The notes: a model not told the origin generated them from the letters alone. A stretch of DNA of 34,585 nt from an uncultured Rhodobacterales bacterium (GCA_964506345.1 CAZDLV010000001.1:1-34585); one strand, 5' to 3'. Counted from the stretch's first letter, positions 7,318 to 16,874 are shown. Translations and numbers: made by a program.

Positions 7318-9389
7318 TGCCAGAACGCCCCCCAGGTTTCATTGAAATCAAGCACATCGTATTGGCGCAATACCGGATACAGCCGGTTGTCTATCGCCAA
7401 CCGCGCACCGCCGTCGCCGCCGAGCGTGCCCAGCGAAATCCCCGGCGTGCTGCGTGTGTCGAACGGCATTGTCCAGCGCAACGGGATTTTCACGCTGATC
7501 CCCTTGGCGAAGTTGCCCGGCCCGAAATCGGCGAACGACATGTTGGTCAGTGTCACAAATCCCGACACCTCCCATCCGTTGTCAAACACCCGCGACAGCG
7601 TCAGCGTGGAACCGACATCACCGGCCAGATACCGCCCGACATCAAGTTGTGCCTCAAGCCCGTAGAACCCTGTGTCCCAATAGACCGAGCCGAACCCGGT
7701 AACCGTCTGGTAGCTGCCCAGACCGAACATATTGTCATAGGCGCGCTGGCGAACCGCGCTTACCTCGATACCCAGCGCCCATTTGCTGTTGGCCGGTTTC
7801 CACAGGACCTCGCCGTTTACACCGGCGAACATCCGTTCCAGATATCCGGCAGACACGCGGCCATAGGTGGACGGCGACAGCTTGAACACATAGTCGGCGG
7901 TCAGCCGGTCAAGGCTCGGCCCGCCGCCGGCCCCGTACAGGCCGATGTTGCTGCGCACCGGCGTCGGGCTGGCCGACGGCACCGTGCTGCGCGCGACCGA
8001 TCCGTAAAGTTTTTGCGACACCGACCCGTTGATCGAAAACCCGCGTGAAACCCGATAGCTGGCATCAGCACCCAGCAGCACATCGAAACTGGCTGCGGCG
8101 GACGCACTGGACAAATCGATGGGTAACGACGGGCTGAGCGACCAGGTGAAGTCCGGGTAAATATCGCGTTTCCATGCGGCATCACCAAGCGAGTTCGGCG
8201 CATCGACGAATTGTGTCGTCTGCCAGCTTGCAGGGCCGGCATCGGGGCGCTCGACCTGTGCTTCCAGATCGGTGCGGCGAATAACGACGGTGGTGGTGGC
8301 CAGACCGCCGGAAACCGGCGTGATGCGGAAATACTCGATTGACGCGGGCATGGCGACGGACAGGGTGCGCGCAATGCGTCCGATGGCCTTCGAGGTCAGC
8401 GGCATCTTGGTATTTTCGATGTAAAGATCGATGGAGTCGGGCGAGATTTTCATCTCGTCAATCAGGATCCCTTCGGCCTCGAACACCGGCACCAGCGCGG
8501 TGGCAATCGAATCGCGTGCCAGCGTGCTGTTGGTCCATGATCCGTCCGTGCTGTAACCGGCAGGGCGCGGGTTTACCGGCACCGGACCGATCCCCAGATC
8601 GGGCGAAACAATCGGCCGGTTCGGATTGCCCGAGAACGTCAGCCGCACACCGAAATCCGTGCCGTAATTGTAATAGGCCCCCAGCGAGACCCCGCGAACC
8701 GGCTGGTAATCGATGCCGAAGTTGAACGGCGACACCGGTGTGAAGGTGCCGTAGGTCTGCTCGCCGGTGTAGGCATCCGACGAATACTCGGCCTTCAGGG
8801 TCAGGCCCTTGACCGGTGTTTTCCATTCCAGCCCGCCGAAAAACGCCATGTTGCCACGAAAGAACTGGTTGGTATCGATGCCGGTGCTGACGGCCGGCGG
8901 TCGCGGCCCGAACGGCGCGGCAACCGGATTATAGCTGCCAAGGCGGCCCCAGCCGAGGCCCCCTGTCACCGTCAGCGTGTCGCCGATACTTTTGCTGGCA
9001 ACCAGATATTCGCTGCTGAAGGCACCGTTTGACAGGAAATCGCGGAATCCGATGGCCAGTGACGGCAGATTGCCGGATTCGTCGAATATCCGGTACTTGA
9101 AATCGAAACTGGAATCATACAGCGGCCCGCCAAGCCACTGGTCGATTGTTGTGAAATGCACCGCCGTTTCCAGCCGCGGCAACAACTGGAACGTCAACGT
9201 GCTGTTGAACGAGGTGCCGTTCTTGCTGAACGTAAATGCGGTCTCGCCGTCGGGCAACACCTGTGCCGTCGGCATATCGATCAGGCCGGCCGTCCCGTTC
9301 AGACCATAGCCGGTCGAGGTGGCACCGGCGGCGGACGCGGCGAACAGTGCAAAACCCAGCGGAGCATAGCGGAGCAAAATTTTCGTCAT
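7314..9389 (-). CDS. YjbH/GfcD family outer-membrane protein
   Basis: G..GLIDMPTA, P.LAIG.RDF, SSEYLVASK, GLGWGRLG, GYLERMFAGV.GE.LW.P, GRYLAGD.G, F.NGW, F.KGI...IPL, terminal FWQ. ATG 9389 chosen as start; the track opens at 9407. Confidence 0.88.
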   Translation of the reverse strand: MTKILLRYAPLGFALFAASAAGATSTGYGLNGTAGLIDMPTAQVLPDGETAFTFSKNGTSFNSTLTFQLLPRLETAVHFTTIDQWLGGPLYDSSFDFKYRIFDESGNLPSLAIGFRDFLSNGAFSSEYLVASKSIGDTLTVTGGLGWGRLGSYNPVAAPFGPRPPAVSTGIDTNQFFRGNMAFFGGLEWKTPVKGLTLKAEYSSDAYTGEQTYGTFTPVSPFNFGIDYQPVRGVSLGAYYNYGTDFGVRLTFSGNPNRPIVSPDLGIGPVPVNPRPAGYSTDGSWTNSTLARDSIATALVPVFEAEGILIDEMKISPDSIDLYIENTKMPLTSKAIGRIARTLSVAMPASIEYFRITPVSGGLATTTVVIRRTDLEAQVERPDAGPASWQTTQFVDAPNSLGDAAWKRDIYPDFTWSLSPSLPIDLSSASAAASFDVLLGADASYRVSRGFSINGSVSQKLYGSVARSTVPSASPTPVRSNIGLYGAGGGPSLDRLTADYVFKLSPSTYGRVSAGYLERMFAGVNGEVLWKPANSKWALGIEVSAVRQRAYDNMFGLGSYQTVTGFGSVYWDTGFYGLEAQLDVGRYLAGDVGSTLTLSRVFDNGWEVSGFVTLTNMSFADFGPGNFAKGISVKIPLRWTMPFDTRSTPGISLGTLGGDGGARLAIDNRLYPVLRQYDVLDFNETWGAFWQ

Positions 9390-9499
9390 TATTACAATAC
9401 CAGACAATGTTTCATGGTCCCCGCAGGCAACGGAGAATCGCCACGATATTTACACGTCCGGCCAGCGCAAAGCGAGGGATTTAGCCGCGCAGCCGCGAT

Positions 9500-10363
9500 T
9501 CAGCCGGTTTCTGTTGCCAGCAGGGCGCGTAAACCGGTGCGATAGTCCGGATATTTCAGGGTTACCCCCAATTCATCCAGTATTTTCCGGTTAGAGACCT
9601 TCTTCGATTCGGCATAGAAACTGCGGGCCATCGGCGTCATTTCCGCCGTGTCGAAATCCTCGGCCTCGGGCAACGGGTGGTGCAACAGTCTGGCGGCTTC
9701 GGCGATTACCTCTTGCGGGGGGGCGGGGTCGTTGTCGCAAACGTTGTAGATGCTGCCACCAACGGGGGCGCGCATGGACGCATGCACGACCTGCGCGATA
9801 TCCTCGACGTGGGTGCGGCTGAACACCTGCCCCTTTTTGACGATGCGCCGCGCGGTTCCGGCCCTGACCTTGGCAAACGGTCCGCGCCCGGGGCCGTATA
9901 TTCCGGCAAGCCGGAAAATATGAACCGGCAGGCCGCTGTCGCGCCACATGTCCAGCCACGCTGCCTCGGCCGCGACGCGCAATTCACCGCGGCGGGTGGC
10001 GGGGCGCAGGTCGGAATTTTCATCGACCCAGCCGCCGTCGCGGTTGCCGTAAACCGCTGTGGTGGACAAATATCCCAGCCATGCGATCCGGTCCGCTTGC
10101 GCTCTGATCCGGTCCGCCAGCGCTGCCAACACCGGGTCGCCCGCCTCGGTCGGGGCGGCGGAAACCAGAATATGCGTGGCAGACCGGATAGCTGCGTCAA
10201 CATCCTCGCCCGGCCACAGGATCGCCTCGACCCCGCTCTGGCGTATGGCCTCCAGACTTTCGGGGGATCTGGTCGTGCCGATCACGCGCCAGCCTTCGCC
10301 GGACAAGGGGGTGCCTATAAATCCGGCGCTATAGCCGTATCCGAAAACCAGCAGTGTTTTCAT
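9500..10363 (-). CDS. Atypical SDR / NAD-dependent epimerase-dehydratase family protein
   Basis: LVFGYGYSA Rossmann start, YLSTTAVYG, FRLAGIYGPGR, SRTHVEDIA, YPDYR.GL. Confidence 0.88.
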   Translation of the reverse strand: MKTLLVFGYGYSAGFIGTPLSGEGWRVIGTTRSPESLEAIRQSGVEAILWPGEDVDAAIRSATHILVSAAPTEAGDPVLAALADRIRAQADRIAWLGYLSTTAVYGNRDGGWVDENSDLRPATRRGELRVAAEAAWLDMWRDSGLPVHIFRLAGIYGPGRGPFAKVRAGTARRIVKKGQVFSRTHVEDIAQVVHASMRAPVGGSIYNVCDNDPAPPQEVIAEAARLLHHPLPEAEDFDTAEMTPMARSFYAESKKVSNRKILDELGVTLKYPDYRTGLRALLATETG

Positions 10364-10420
10364 TGTCTATCCTTTTGGCCGGCAATATGGCCGTTTGAAA
10401 ACGCTCTGGCAAGAACGCAC

Positions 10421-10450
10421 AAAAAAGGGGGGCGATTCGCCGCCCCCCCT
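10421..10450 (-). terminator. Intrinsic terminator after the OmpA-like gene
   Basis: Minus strand reads GGGGGGCG-GCGAAT-CGCCCCCC-TTTTTT. Confidence 0.85.
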
Positions 10451-10470
10451 GGTGTTTCGCGCTTTGGCGA

Positions 10471-11109
10471 TCAGGTTTTCGGGATAATGAAAATCTCCAC
10501 CCGCCGGTTTTTCTGCCGCCCTTCCGCCGTTCCGTTCGAGGCAACAGGTTGTGTTTCCCCCGCACCGATGGCGACGATCCGGCCCGGTTTCACCCCGTCC
10601 GAGGTCAGAATCCCGCGCACTGCCCGTGCGCGTTGCTCGGACAGGGCCTGATTATAGGCAACCGTGCCGGTGTTGTCGGTATGTCCGACCACGCGAATAC
10701 GGGTGTTGGGATACTGGTTCATACTGGCGGCCAGCTTGTCCAGATCGTTCAGAACGGTGGATTTGATGACGGCACTGTCAGTGGCAAAGGTGATTGCCTC
10801 GGGCAGGGACACGATCAACTGGCTGCCGGTGTTGACGATGCCGACATCGCTGCCGATCGCGGCGCGCAAGGCCTGTTCCTGTTTGTCCAGATCCGCACCG
10901 ATCGCCCCGCCGATCGCCCCGCCGATTGCGGCACCGATGACCGTGCCGGTGGAATTGTTGGATACCGCATTTCCGAACAACCCGCCGACAACGGCACCGA
11001 TCCCGATACCGGTATTGGTGTTGTTGGCCGTGCCGTCCGGATTGGTGCATGCCGACAGGAACAGCGCGCCGGATACGACAACAATACTCATAGATTTCAG
11101 TGCAACCAT
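10471..11109 (-). CDS. OmpA-like domain lipoprotein with glycine zipper (YiaD-like)
   Basis: Lipobox FLSAC, GAVVGG/GAAIGGAIGG zipper, GHTD..G...YN..LS..RA, NRRVEI peptidoglycan-binding motifs. Start is ATG 11109 or 11091. Confidence 0.92.
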   Translation of the reverse strand: MVALKSMSIVVVSGALFLSACTNPDGTANNTNTGIGIGAVVGGLFGNAVSNNSTGTVIGAAIGGAIGGAIGADLDKQEQALRAAIGSDVGIVNTGSQLIVSLPEAITFATDSAVIKSTVLNDLDKLAASMNQYPNTRIRVVGHTDNTGTVAYNQALSEQRARAVRGILTSDGVKPGRIVAIGAGETQPVASNGTAEGRQKNRRVEIFIIPKT

Positions 11110-11228
11110 CGCAAAAATCCTTCTGTGATAATGGTATACCGCGACCGCCGGCTGAAACATCCGGTGGCCTTCGTGTGCGACCATAGGCGGGTTCGAAAAC
11201 GAATAAAACACCCTAAGCAAAGTTTCGC

Positions 11229-12071
11229 TTAGTTTGCGTCCAGCCGCGCGGCCTCGTAAGCCAGCATGGCGCGCTTGACCGGCAAGCCCCAGTGATAGCC
11301 GCCCAGCCCGCCGGATTTGCGCAGGGCGCGGTGGCAGGGGATCAGCCAGCTGACCGGATTTTTGCCCACAGCGGTGCCGACCGCGCGCACGGCTTTCGGG
11401 TTGCCGATGTGCTGTGCGATCTCGGAATAGGTGGTGACATGGCCGGACGGGATGGCCAGCAGGGCCTCCCATACCTTGATCTGGAACGGCGCGCCGATCA
11501 GGTGCAACGGGGTGTCCTGTTGCCTGAAGGCGGCGCCGACCCAGGGGGCAATCGCCTGCGGGTCCGCGACGAAATCCGCCTCGGGCCAGCGGGCGGTCAT
11601 GTCGTCCATCGCGACCTCGCGCCCGAATTCCTGCGCGAAGGCCAGCCCGCAGAGGCCGCGCGTGGTGCCCATGGCCAGCACCTCGCCGAAGGGGGAGTCG
11701 AACCAGCCGGTGCGGATCGTCAGCCCCGCGCCGCCACGGGCGTATTCGCCGGGGGACATGGCCTCCCATTTTACAAACAGGTCGTGCAGGCGCGAGGCGC
11801 CGGACAGGCCGGTTTCGCCGGCGGTTTCCAGCACCGAGAACCGCTCGCGCAGCAGGTTTCGGGCGTGGTCCAGCGCCAGATATTGCTGATAGCGTTTCGG
11901 GCTGACCCCGACCCACTGGCTGAACACCCGCTGGAAATGCGCCGGCGACAGGCCGACGGCGGCGGCGGTCTGTTCCAGCGTCGGCTGTTCCGGCGCGCAA
12001 GAGTCGATAAAGGCAATCGCGCGGGCGATCAGCGCATAGTGATAGGGGGTCTTGCTGTCGATCCGGTTCAT
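11229..12071 (-). CDS. Ada-like AraC-HTH / O6-methylguanine-DNA methyltransferase
   Basis: LSPAHFQRVF..WVGVSPK.Y HTH; FQ.KVW.AL..IP.G...TY, RAVGTAVG.NP, IPCHR active site, GGY.WG. Confidence 0.92.
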   Translation of the reverse strand: MNRIDSKTPYHYALIARAIAFIDSCAPEQPTLEQTAAAVGLSPAHFQRVFSQWVGVSPKRYQQYLALDHARNLLRERFSVLETAGETGLSGASRLHDLFVKWEAMSPGEYARGGAGLTIRTGWFDSPFGEVLAMGTTRGLCGLAFAQEFGREVAMDDMTARWPEADFVADPQAIAPWVGAAFRQQDTPLHLIGAPFQIKVWEALLAIPSGHVTTYSEIAQHIGNPKAVRAVGTAVGKNPVSWLIPCHRALRKSGGLGGYHWGLPVKRAMLAYEAARLDAN

Positions 12072-12184
12072 GTCGCACCTTGTTGTCGTCTGGGTGACCA
12101 ATCTAGCGCAAATGCGCCGCCCCGCCACCCGAATCCTGCGCATTGGGCTTGCCAAGGGTTTCGCTGTCGTGGCAGGTGGAGGCC

Positions 12185-12829
12185 ATGACAGCACAACTCG
12201 ACTATATGACCATCCGCGAGATCTTTCGCCGTTTTCAGGCCAGCGAGCCGGAACCGAAGGGGGAGCTGGACCACGTCAACGCCTATACCCTCGTGGTTGC
12301 GGTGGCCCTGTCGGCGCAGGCGACGGATGTCGGGGTGAACAAGGCAACGAAAGAGCTGTTCAGGATCGCCGACACGCCGGAAAAAATGCTGGCACTGGGC
12401 GAGGAAGGGCTGATCGAACATATCAAGACCATAGGCCTGTTTCGCAACAAGGCGAAGAATGTTATCAAGCTCAGCCGGATTCTGGTGGAGGAATACAACA
12501 GCGAGGTGCCCTCGTCCCGCGCGGCGCTGGTCAGCCTGCCGGGGGTGGGGCGCAAGACGGCGAATGTGGTGCTGAACATGTGGTTCCACTATCCGGCGCA
12601 GGCGGTGGATACGCATATCTTCCGTTTTGGCAACCGCACCGGTGTGGCGGCGGGCAAGGATGTGCTGGCCGTCGAGCGCGCGATCGAGGACAACGTGCCG
12701 GTCGAATTCCAGCAACACGCCCACCACTGGATGATTCTGCACGGGCGGTATATATGCAAGGCGCGCAAACCCGTTTGTGCCAACTGTATTATTGCCGACC
12801 TGTGCAAATCCGAGGATAAAACAATATGA
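12185..12829 (+). CDS. nth: Endonuclease III
   Basis: LSAQATD, HhH motif LPGVGRKTANVVL, AVDTH, C-x6-C-x2-C-x5-C [4Fe-4S] motif; GGAGG before ATG 12185. Confidence 0.96.
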   Translation: MTAQLDYMTIREIFRRFQASEPEPKGELDHVNAYTLVVAVALSAQATDVGVNKATKELFRIADTPEKMLALGEEGLIEHIKTIGLFRNKAKNVIKLSRILVEEYNSEVPSSRAALVSLPGVGRKTANVVLNMWFHYPAQAVDTHIFRFGNRTGVAAGKDVLAVERAIEDNVPVEFQQHAHHWMILHGRYICKARKPVCANCIIADLCKSEDKTI

Positions 12830-13818
12830 AAAAGTATCAGGTTGTCGGCATCGGCAATGCCATCGTGGACGTTCTTGCCCAGATCGAGGACGCATTCCTG
12901 ACCGCCAACGGCGTCGAAAAGGGCATCATGCAACTGATCGATACGGCCCGCGCAAGCGAATTGTACAACGCTATGGGGCCGGCGCGCGAGGTCTCCGGCG
13001 GGTCGGCGGCAAATACCATTGCCGGGCTTGCAATGCTGAAGGTGCCGACGGCCTATGTCTCGAAAATCAAGGACGACCAGCTGGGTGGAATTTTCGCGCA
13101 TGACATCCGCGCACAGGGGGCGGTTTTCGAAACGCCGCTGGCACCGAAGGGCCATTCCGACGAGACGGGCCGCTCGATGATTCTGGTGACGCCGGACGGC
13201 GAGCGTTCGATGAATACCTATCTCGGCGTGTCCGAATTCCTGACGCCGGACGATATCGACGAGGGCATGATGGCCGATACCGAGTGGCTGTATCTGGAGG
13301 GCTACCGTTTCGACGGCCCCGAAAGCCACGCGGCCTTTGCCAAGGCGATCAATGCCTGTCGCGGGGCGGGGGGGAAGGTCTCGATCACCCTGTCCGATCC
13401 GTTTTGTGTGGAGCGGCACCGCGCGGCGTTTCTGGCGATGATCCGCGCCGACATCGACCTGCTGTTCTGCAACGAACACGAGCTGAAATCCCTGTATGAA
13501 ACCGATGATCTGGGCGTTGCCATGACCCTTGCGGCGGCGGATGTGGAAACCGTCGCCTGCACCGTGGGCGAGCGCGGCGCCTATATCGCCAACGGCGGGC
13601 AGGAAATCCACGCGCCGGCCACCGAAACGCATGTAGAGGACGCAACCGGTGCCGGCGACCTGTTCGCGGCCGGTTTCTTCTATGGTTTGATCAACAGCCG
13701 CGATTACCTGACCTGCGGGCGCATGGGCTGCGTCGCGGCGGGCGAGGTGATCAGCCATATCGGCGCGCGCCCCGAGGCCGACCTCGGCGACCTGTTCGCC
13801 GCCGAAGGGCTGGTTTAG
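12826..13818 (+). CDS. PfkB-family carbohydrate kinase (adenosine kinase-like)
   Basis: GIGNAIVD, GGSAANT, DGERSMNTYLG, DATGAGDLFAAGF; ATGA overlap with nth. Confidence 0.9.
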   Translation: MKKYQVVGIGNAIVDVLAQIEDAFLTANGVEKGIMQLIDTARASELYNAMGPAREVSGGSAANTIAGLAMLKVPTAYVSKIKDDQLGGIFAHDIRAQGAVFETPLAPKGHSDETGRSMILVTPDGERSMNTYLGVSEFLTPDDIDEGMMADTEWLYLEGYRFDGPESHAAFAKAINACRGAGGKVSITLSDPFCVERHRAAFLAMIRADIDLLFCNEHELKSLYETDDLGVAMTLAAADVETVACTVGERGAYIANGGQEIHAPATETHVEDATGAGDLFAAGFFYGLINSRDYLTCGRMGCVAAGEVISHIGARPEADLGDLFAAEGLV

Positions 13819-13944
13819 CCCGCGCCCCTATACATCGGCGGGTTTTCCGGCTAGAAGCCGCGCAAATCCATTGTTTCGCGGCGAAACCCCGCGCGGCACC
13901 CCTGCCGCGCCCGATCCGCGACCCGTATTCCGAAAGAGAATAAC

Positions 13945-15711
13945 ATGACCGAGACTACAAGCGTCCACCCGACGCTGGCGCAAGCGTTGGAAAAACGCGG
14001 ATACGCCGACATGACCCCTGTGCAACACGCCGTGCTTGCCGCCGGACTGGAGGGCGCCGACCTGCTGGTTTCCGCGCAAACCGGATCGGGCAAGACCGTG
14101 GCCTTTGGCCTTGCGATCGCGCCGACGCTGTTGGGCAAGGCCGAAAAATTCCCTTACGCACCCGCCCCCGTCGCCCTCGCCATCGCCCCGACGCGCGAAC
14201 TGGCGTTGCAGGTGAAACGCGAGCTGGAATGGCTGTATGAAGGCACCGGCGCAACGATTGCATCCTGCGTTGGCGGCATGGATTACCGCGCCGAGCGGCG
14301 CACGCTGGAACGGGGCGCGCAGATCGTTGTCGGCACGCCGGGGCGGTTGCGCGACCATATCGAGCGTCGCTCGCTGGATCTGTCGATGATCCGCGCCGTG
14401 GTGCTGGACGAGGCGGACGAGATGCTGGACCTCGGGTTTCGCGACGAGCTCGAGTTCATCCTCGGTGCCGCCCCGCAGGACCGCCGCACCCTGTTGTTTT
14501 CCGCCACGGTGCCGCGTTCCATCGCCAGTCTGGCGGAACGCTACCAGCGCGACGCGGTGCGGGTCAAAACCGAGGCCGAGCAATCCCAGCATGTCGATAT
14601 CGAATACCGCGCCCTGACCGTCGCCCACAACGACGAGGAAAACGCGATTCTGAACGTGCTGCGCTATTACGAAGCAAAAAATGCCATCGTATTCTGCAAC
14701 ACCCGTGCTGCGGTGAATCACCTGACGGCGCGCCTTGGCAACCGCGGGTTTTCCGTTGTCGCCCTGTCTGGCGAGCTGTCGCAGAACGAACGCACGCATG
14801 CGCTTCAGGCCATGCGCGACGGGCGGGCGCGGGTCTGTGTTGCCACTGATGTGGCGGCGCGCGGCATCGATTTGCCGAATCTGGAGCTGGTCATCCATGC
14901 CGACCTGCCGAAAAACCGCGAGGGTCTGTTGCATCGTTCCGGCCGCACGGGCCGTGCCGGCCGCAAGGGGGTCAGCGCGCTGATCGTTCCGTCCCGCGCC
15001 CGTCGCCGCACCGAACGTCTGCTGCAAAACGCCAAGGTCAATGCCACATGGGATACCCCGCCAAGCGCCGACGAGGTGCTGCGCCGCGACGACGAGCGGA
15101 TCTTGCAGGACACGACGCTGAACGAACCGCTAACCGCCGCCGAGTCCGAGTTCGCGCAGGAACTGCTGAACCGTTTCGGTGCGCAACAGATCGCCGGCGC
15201 GCTGGTCAAGGCCTACCGCAAGGGCCGTTCGGCCCCCGAAGAATTGCGCGCCCCCTCCGAGGCCGACAACAAGCCGCGTTCGCGCAACGATTTCGACGGC
15301 GGGGTCTGGTTCTCGTTGTCCATCGGCCACAAGCAAAAGGCCGAGCCGCGCTGGATGCTGCCGATGCTGGCCAAGAACGGCAAGCTGAAAAAGGGCGAGA
15401 TCGGCTCCATCCGTATCCAGCAGATGGTCAGCTATGTCGAGATTTCCCCGAAAGCCGCCGAACGGTTCATCAATGCTATCGGGCCGGAAATGAAGCTGGA
15501 AAAATCCATTACCATCACCAAAATCGACGGCATTCCCGAGGCCGTGAAAAATGCTCCGGCCGAACGCAAGCCGTTCAAGGGGCGCAAGCCGCACCGGGGT
15601 AAACCCGACGGCAACAAGCCGGACCGCAAGCCGCGCAACAAGGACTTTGACAAGCCCAAACCCAAATCCGCAAAAAAGAAACGCCCGAAAAAGAAAGACC
15701 GGCAGGGCTGA
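13945..15711 (+). CDS. DEAD-box RNA helicase with probable DbpA-type RNA-binding domain and basic tail
   Basis: Q motif, AQTGSGKT, PTRELA, TPGR, DEAD, SAT, ARGID, HRSGRTGRAG; Lys/Arg-rich C-terminus. Confidence 0.95.
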   Translation: MTETTSVHPTLAQALEKRGYADMTPVQHAVLAAGLEGADLLVSAQTGSGKTVAFGLAIAPTLLGKAEKFPYAPAPVALAIAPTRELALQVKRELEWLYEGTGATIASCVGGMDYRAERRTLERGAQIVVGTPGRLRDHIERRSLDLSMIRAVVLDEADEMLDLGFRDELEFILGAAPQDRRTLLFSATVPRSIASLAERYQRDAVRVKTEAEQSQHVDIEYRALTVAHNDEENAILNVLRYYEAKNAIVFCNTRAAVNHLTARLGNRGFSVVALSGELSQNERTHALQAMRDGRARVCVATDVAARGIDLPNLELVIHADLPKNREGLLHRSGRTGRAGRKGVSALIVPSRARRRTERLLQNAKVNATWDTPPSADEVLRRDDERILQDTTLNEPLTAAESEFAQELLNRFGAQQIAGALVKAYRKGRSAPEELRAPSEADNKPRSRNDFDGGVWFSLSIGHKQKAEPRWMLPMLAKNGKLKKGEIGSIRIQQMVSYVEISPKAAERFINAIGPEMKLEKSITITKIDGIPEAVKNAPAERKPFKGRKPHRGKPDGNKPDRKPRNKDFDKPKPKSAKKKRPKKKDRQG

Positions 15712-15729
15712 TATACGCGCCGCTTCCTC

Positions 15730-15758
15730 TTGATCCCAATATGTTAGTGTGTAATAAC
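15730..15758 (+). promoter_or_regulatory. Candidate promoter with overlapping imperfect palindrome (putative TetR operator)
   Basis: TTGATC (15730-15735), 16 nt, TAATAA (15752-15757); GTTAGT-GTGT-AATAAC at 15743-15758 has 6-bp arms with one mismatch. Confidence 0.45.
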
Positions 15759-15785
15759 TAGCTGAATTCGGAAATGGAGAGAATT

Positions 15786-16256
15786 ATGAAAAAATGCAAA
15801 CTGTGCTGGTCGATAACGATCTTGTTGATCGCCTTTATCGCCGTAATGGGCTACAAGTTCGTTGTTGTCGGCAGTGTCGAGGTCGGCGACGACGGTCGTA
15901 CCGCAGTTCTGGTCACGGATGGCGAGCGCCAGATGATTCTGGGGGAAATGCGGGTATTTCTGGAAGGGGTGCAGGGCATCACAAGCGCTATCGCCAATGA
16001 TGACATGCCACAGGTGGCCACCCTTGCCACCAGCGTCGGCATGGCATCGACCGGCGGCGAGCCGGCGGGGCTGATCGCGAAACTGCCGCTCGAATTCAAA
16101 ACGCTGGGCATGTCCACGCACCAGGCGTTCGACGATCTCGCTAAAACCGCAACCGACACTGGTGATTCGCAACTGGTGCTGTCGCAATTCAGCGATATTA
16201 TGCTGAACTGTACGGCGTGCCACGGGGGATACCGGTTCAAGGTTACCAACCCGTAA
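15786..16256 (+). CDS. Membrane-anchored monoheme cytochrome c (class II-like, helical)
   Basis: GGAGA before ATG 15786; N-terminal hydrophobic helix; single C-terminal CTACH followed by YRF, the heme position typical of c'/c556 bundles. Confidence 0.8.
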   Translation: MKKCKLCWSITILLIAFIAVMGYKFVVVGSVEVGDDGRTAVLVTDGERQMILGEMRVFLEGVQGITSAIANDDMPQVATLATSVGMASTGGEPAGLIAKLPLEFKTLGMSTHQAFDDLAKTATDTGDSQLVLSQFSDIMLNCTACHGGYRFKVTNP

Positions 16257-16265
16257 AGGTATATC

Positions 16266-16874
16266 ATGACAGTCAGGACCAGAAAAAGCGCCGCCGACAG
16301 AAAAACCGAGATTGTGGAAACCGCGATCCGGCTGGCCGCCGATATTGGTCCTGACCGCCTGACAACCGAACGTCTGGCCAGGGAAATCGGCATATCGCAA
16401 CCTGCCATATTTCGCCACTTCCCGACGAAAGCCGCGATCTGGGAAAGCGTCGCCGAGCGGATCGGCACGTTGATGGCCGAAAGGGTTGCCGTCGATGAAA
16501 CCGCGCCGCCGGATAAAATGCTGGTGTCGAGCGTTCTGGCACAACTGGCATTCATCCAGACGACACCGGCCATTCCGGCCATTCTGTTTTCGCGTGAACT
16601 GCATGCGCAAAACGAATCCCTGCGTCGTAATTTTGCCGCGCTGATGGCCCGTCGCCATCAAGCCCTCGGCGCGATGGTAGCCGGCGCCATTGACACCGGC
16701 GTGTTCCGTTCCACTCTGGATCCCGACACCGCCGCCTATCTGGTTTTGACGTTGATTCAGGGGCTTGCGATGCGCTGGTCGCTCGAAAATCGCGGCTTCG
16801 ATCTGGTGGCCGAGGGCGAACGTCTTATGGCGCTGCAAATGGCGGCATTTGTCGCCCGAGTTGCGATCTCTTGA
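16266..16874 (+). CDS. TetR/AcrR family transcriptional regulator
   Basis: N-terminal HTH LTTERLAREIGISQPAIFRHFPTK. Confidence 0.93.
   Translation: MTVRTRKSAADRKTEIVETAIRLAADIGPDRLTTERLAREIGISQPAIFRHFPTKAAIWESVAERIGTLMAERVAVDETAPPDKMLVSSVLAQLAFIQTTPAIPAILFSRELHAQNESLRRNFAALMARRHQALGAMVAGAIDTGVFRSTLDPDTAAYLVLTLIQGLAMRWSLENRGFDLVAEGERLMALQMAAFVARVAIS

Noticed and set aside
10471-12078. 535-aa ORF suggesting a long OmpA fusion overlapping the ada-like gene
   Set aside because: The first 323 codons are an Arg/Gly/Pro-rich alternate frame of the ada-like gene. A lipoprotein signal must be N-terminal, which puts the start at 11109 or 11091.
15730-15743. FNR box upstream of the cytochrome gene
   Set aside because: Only the TTGAT half-site matches; the second half is ATATG rather than ATCAA.
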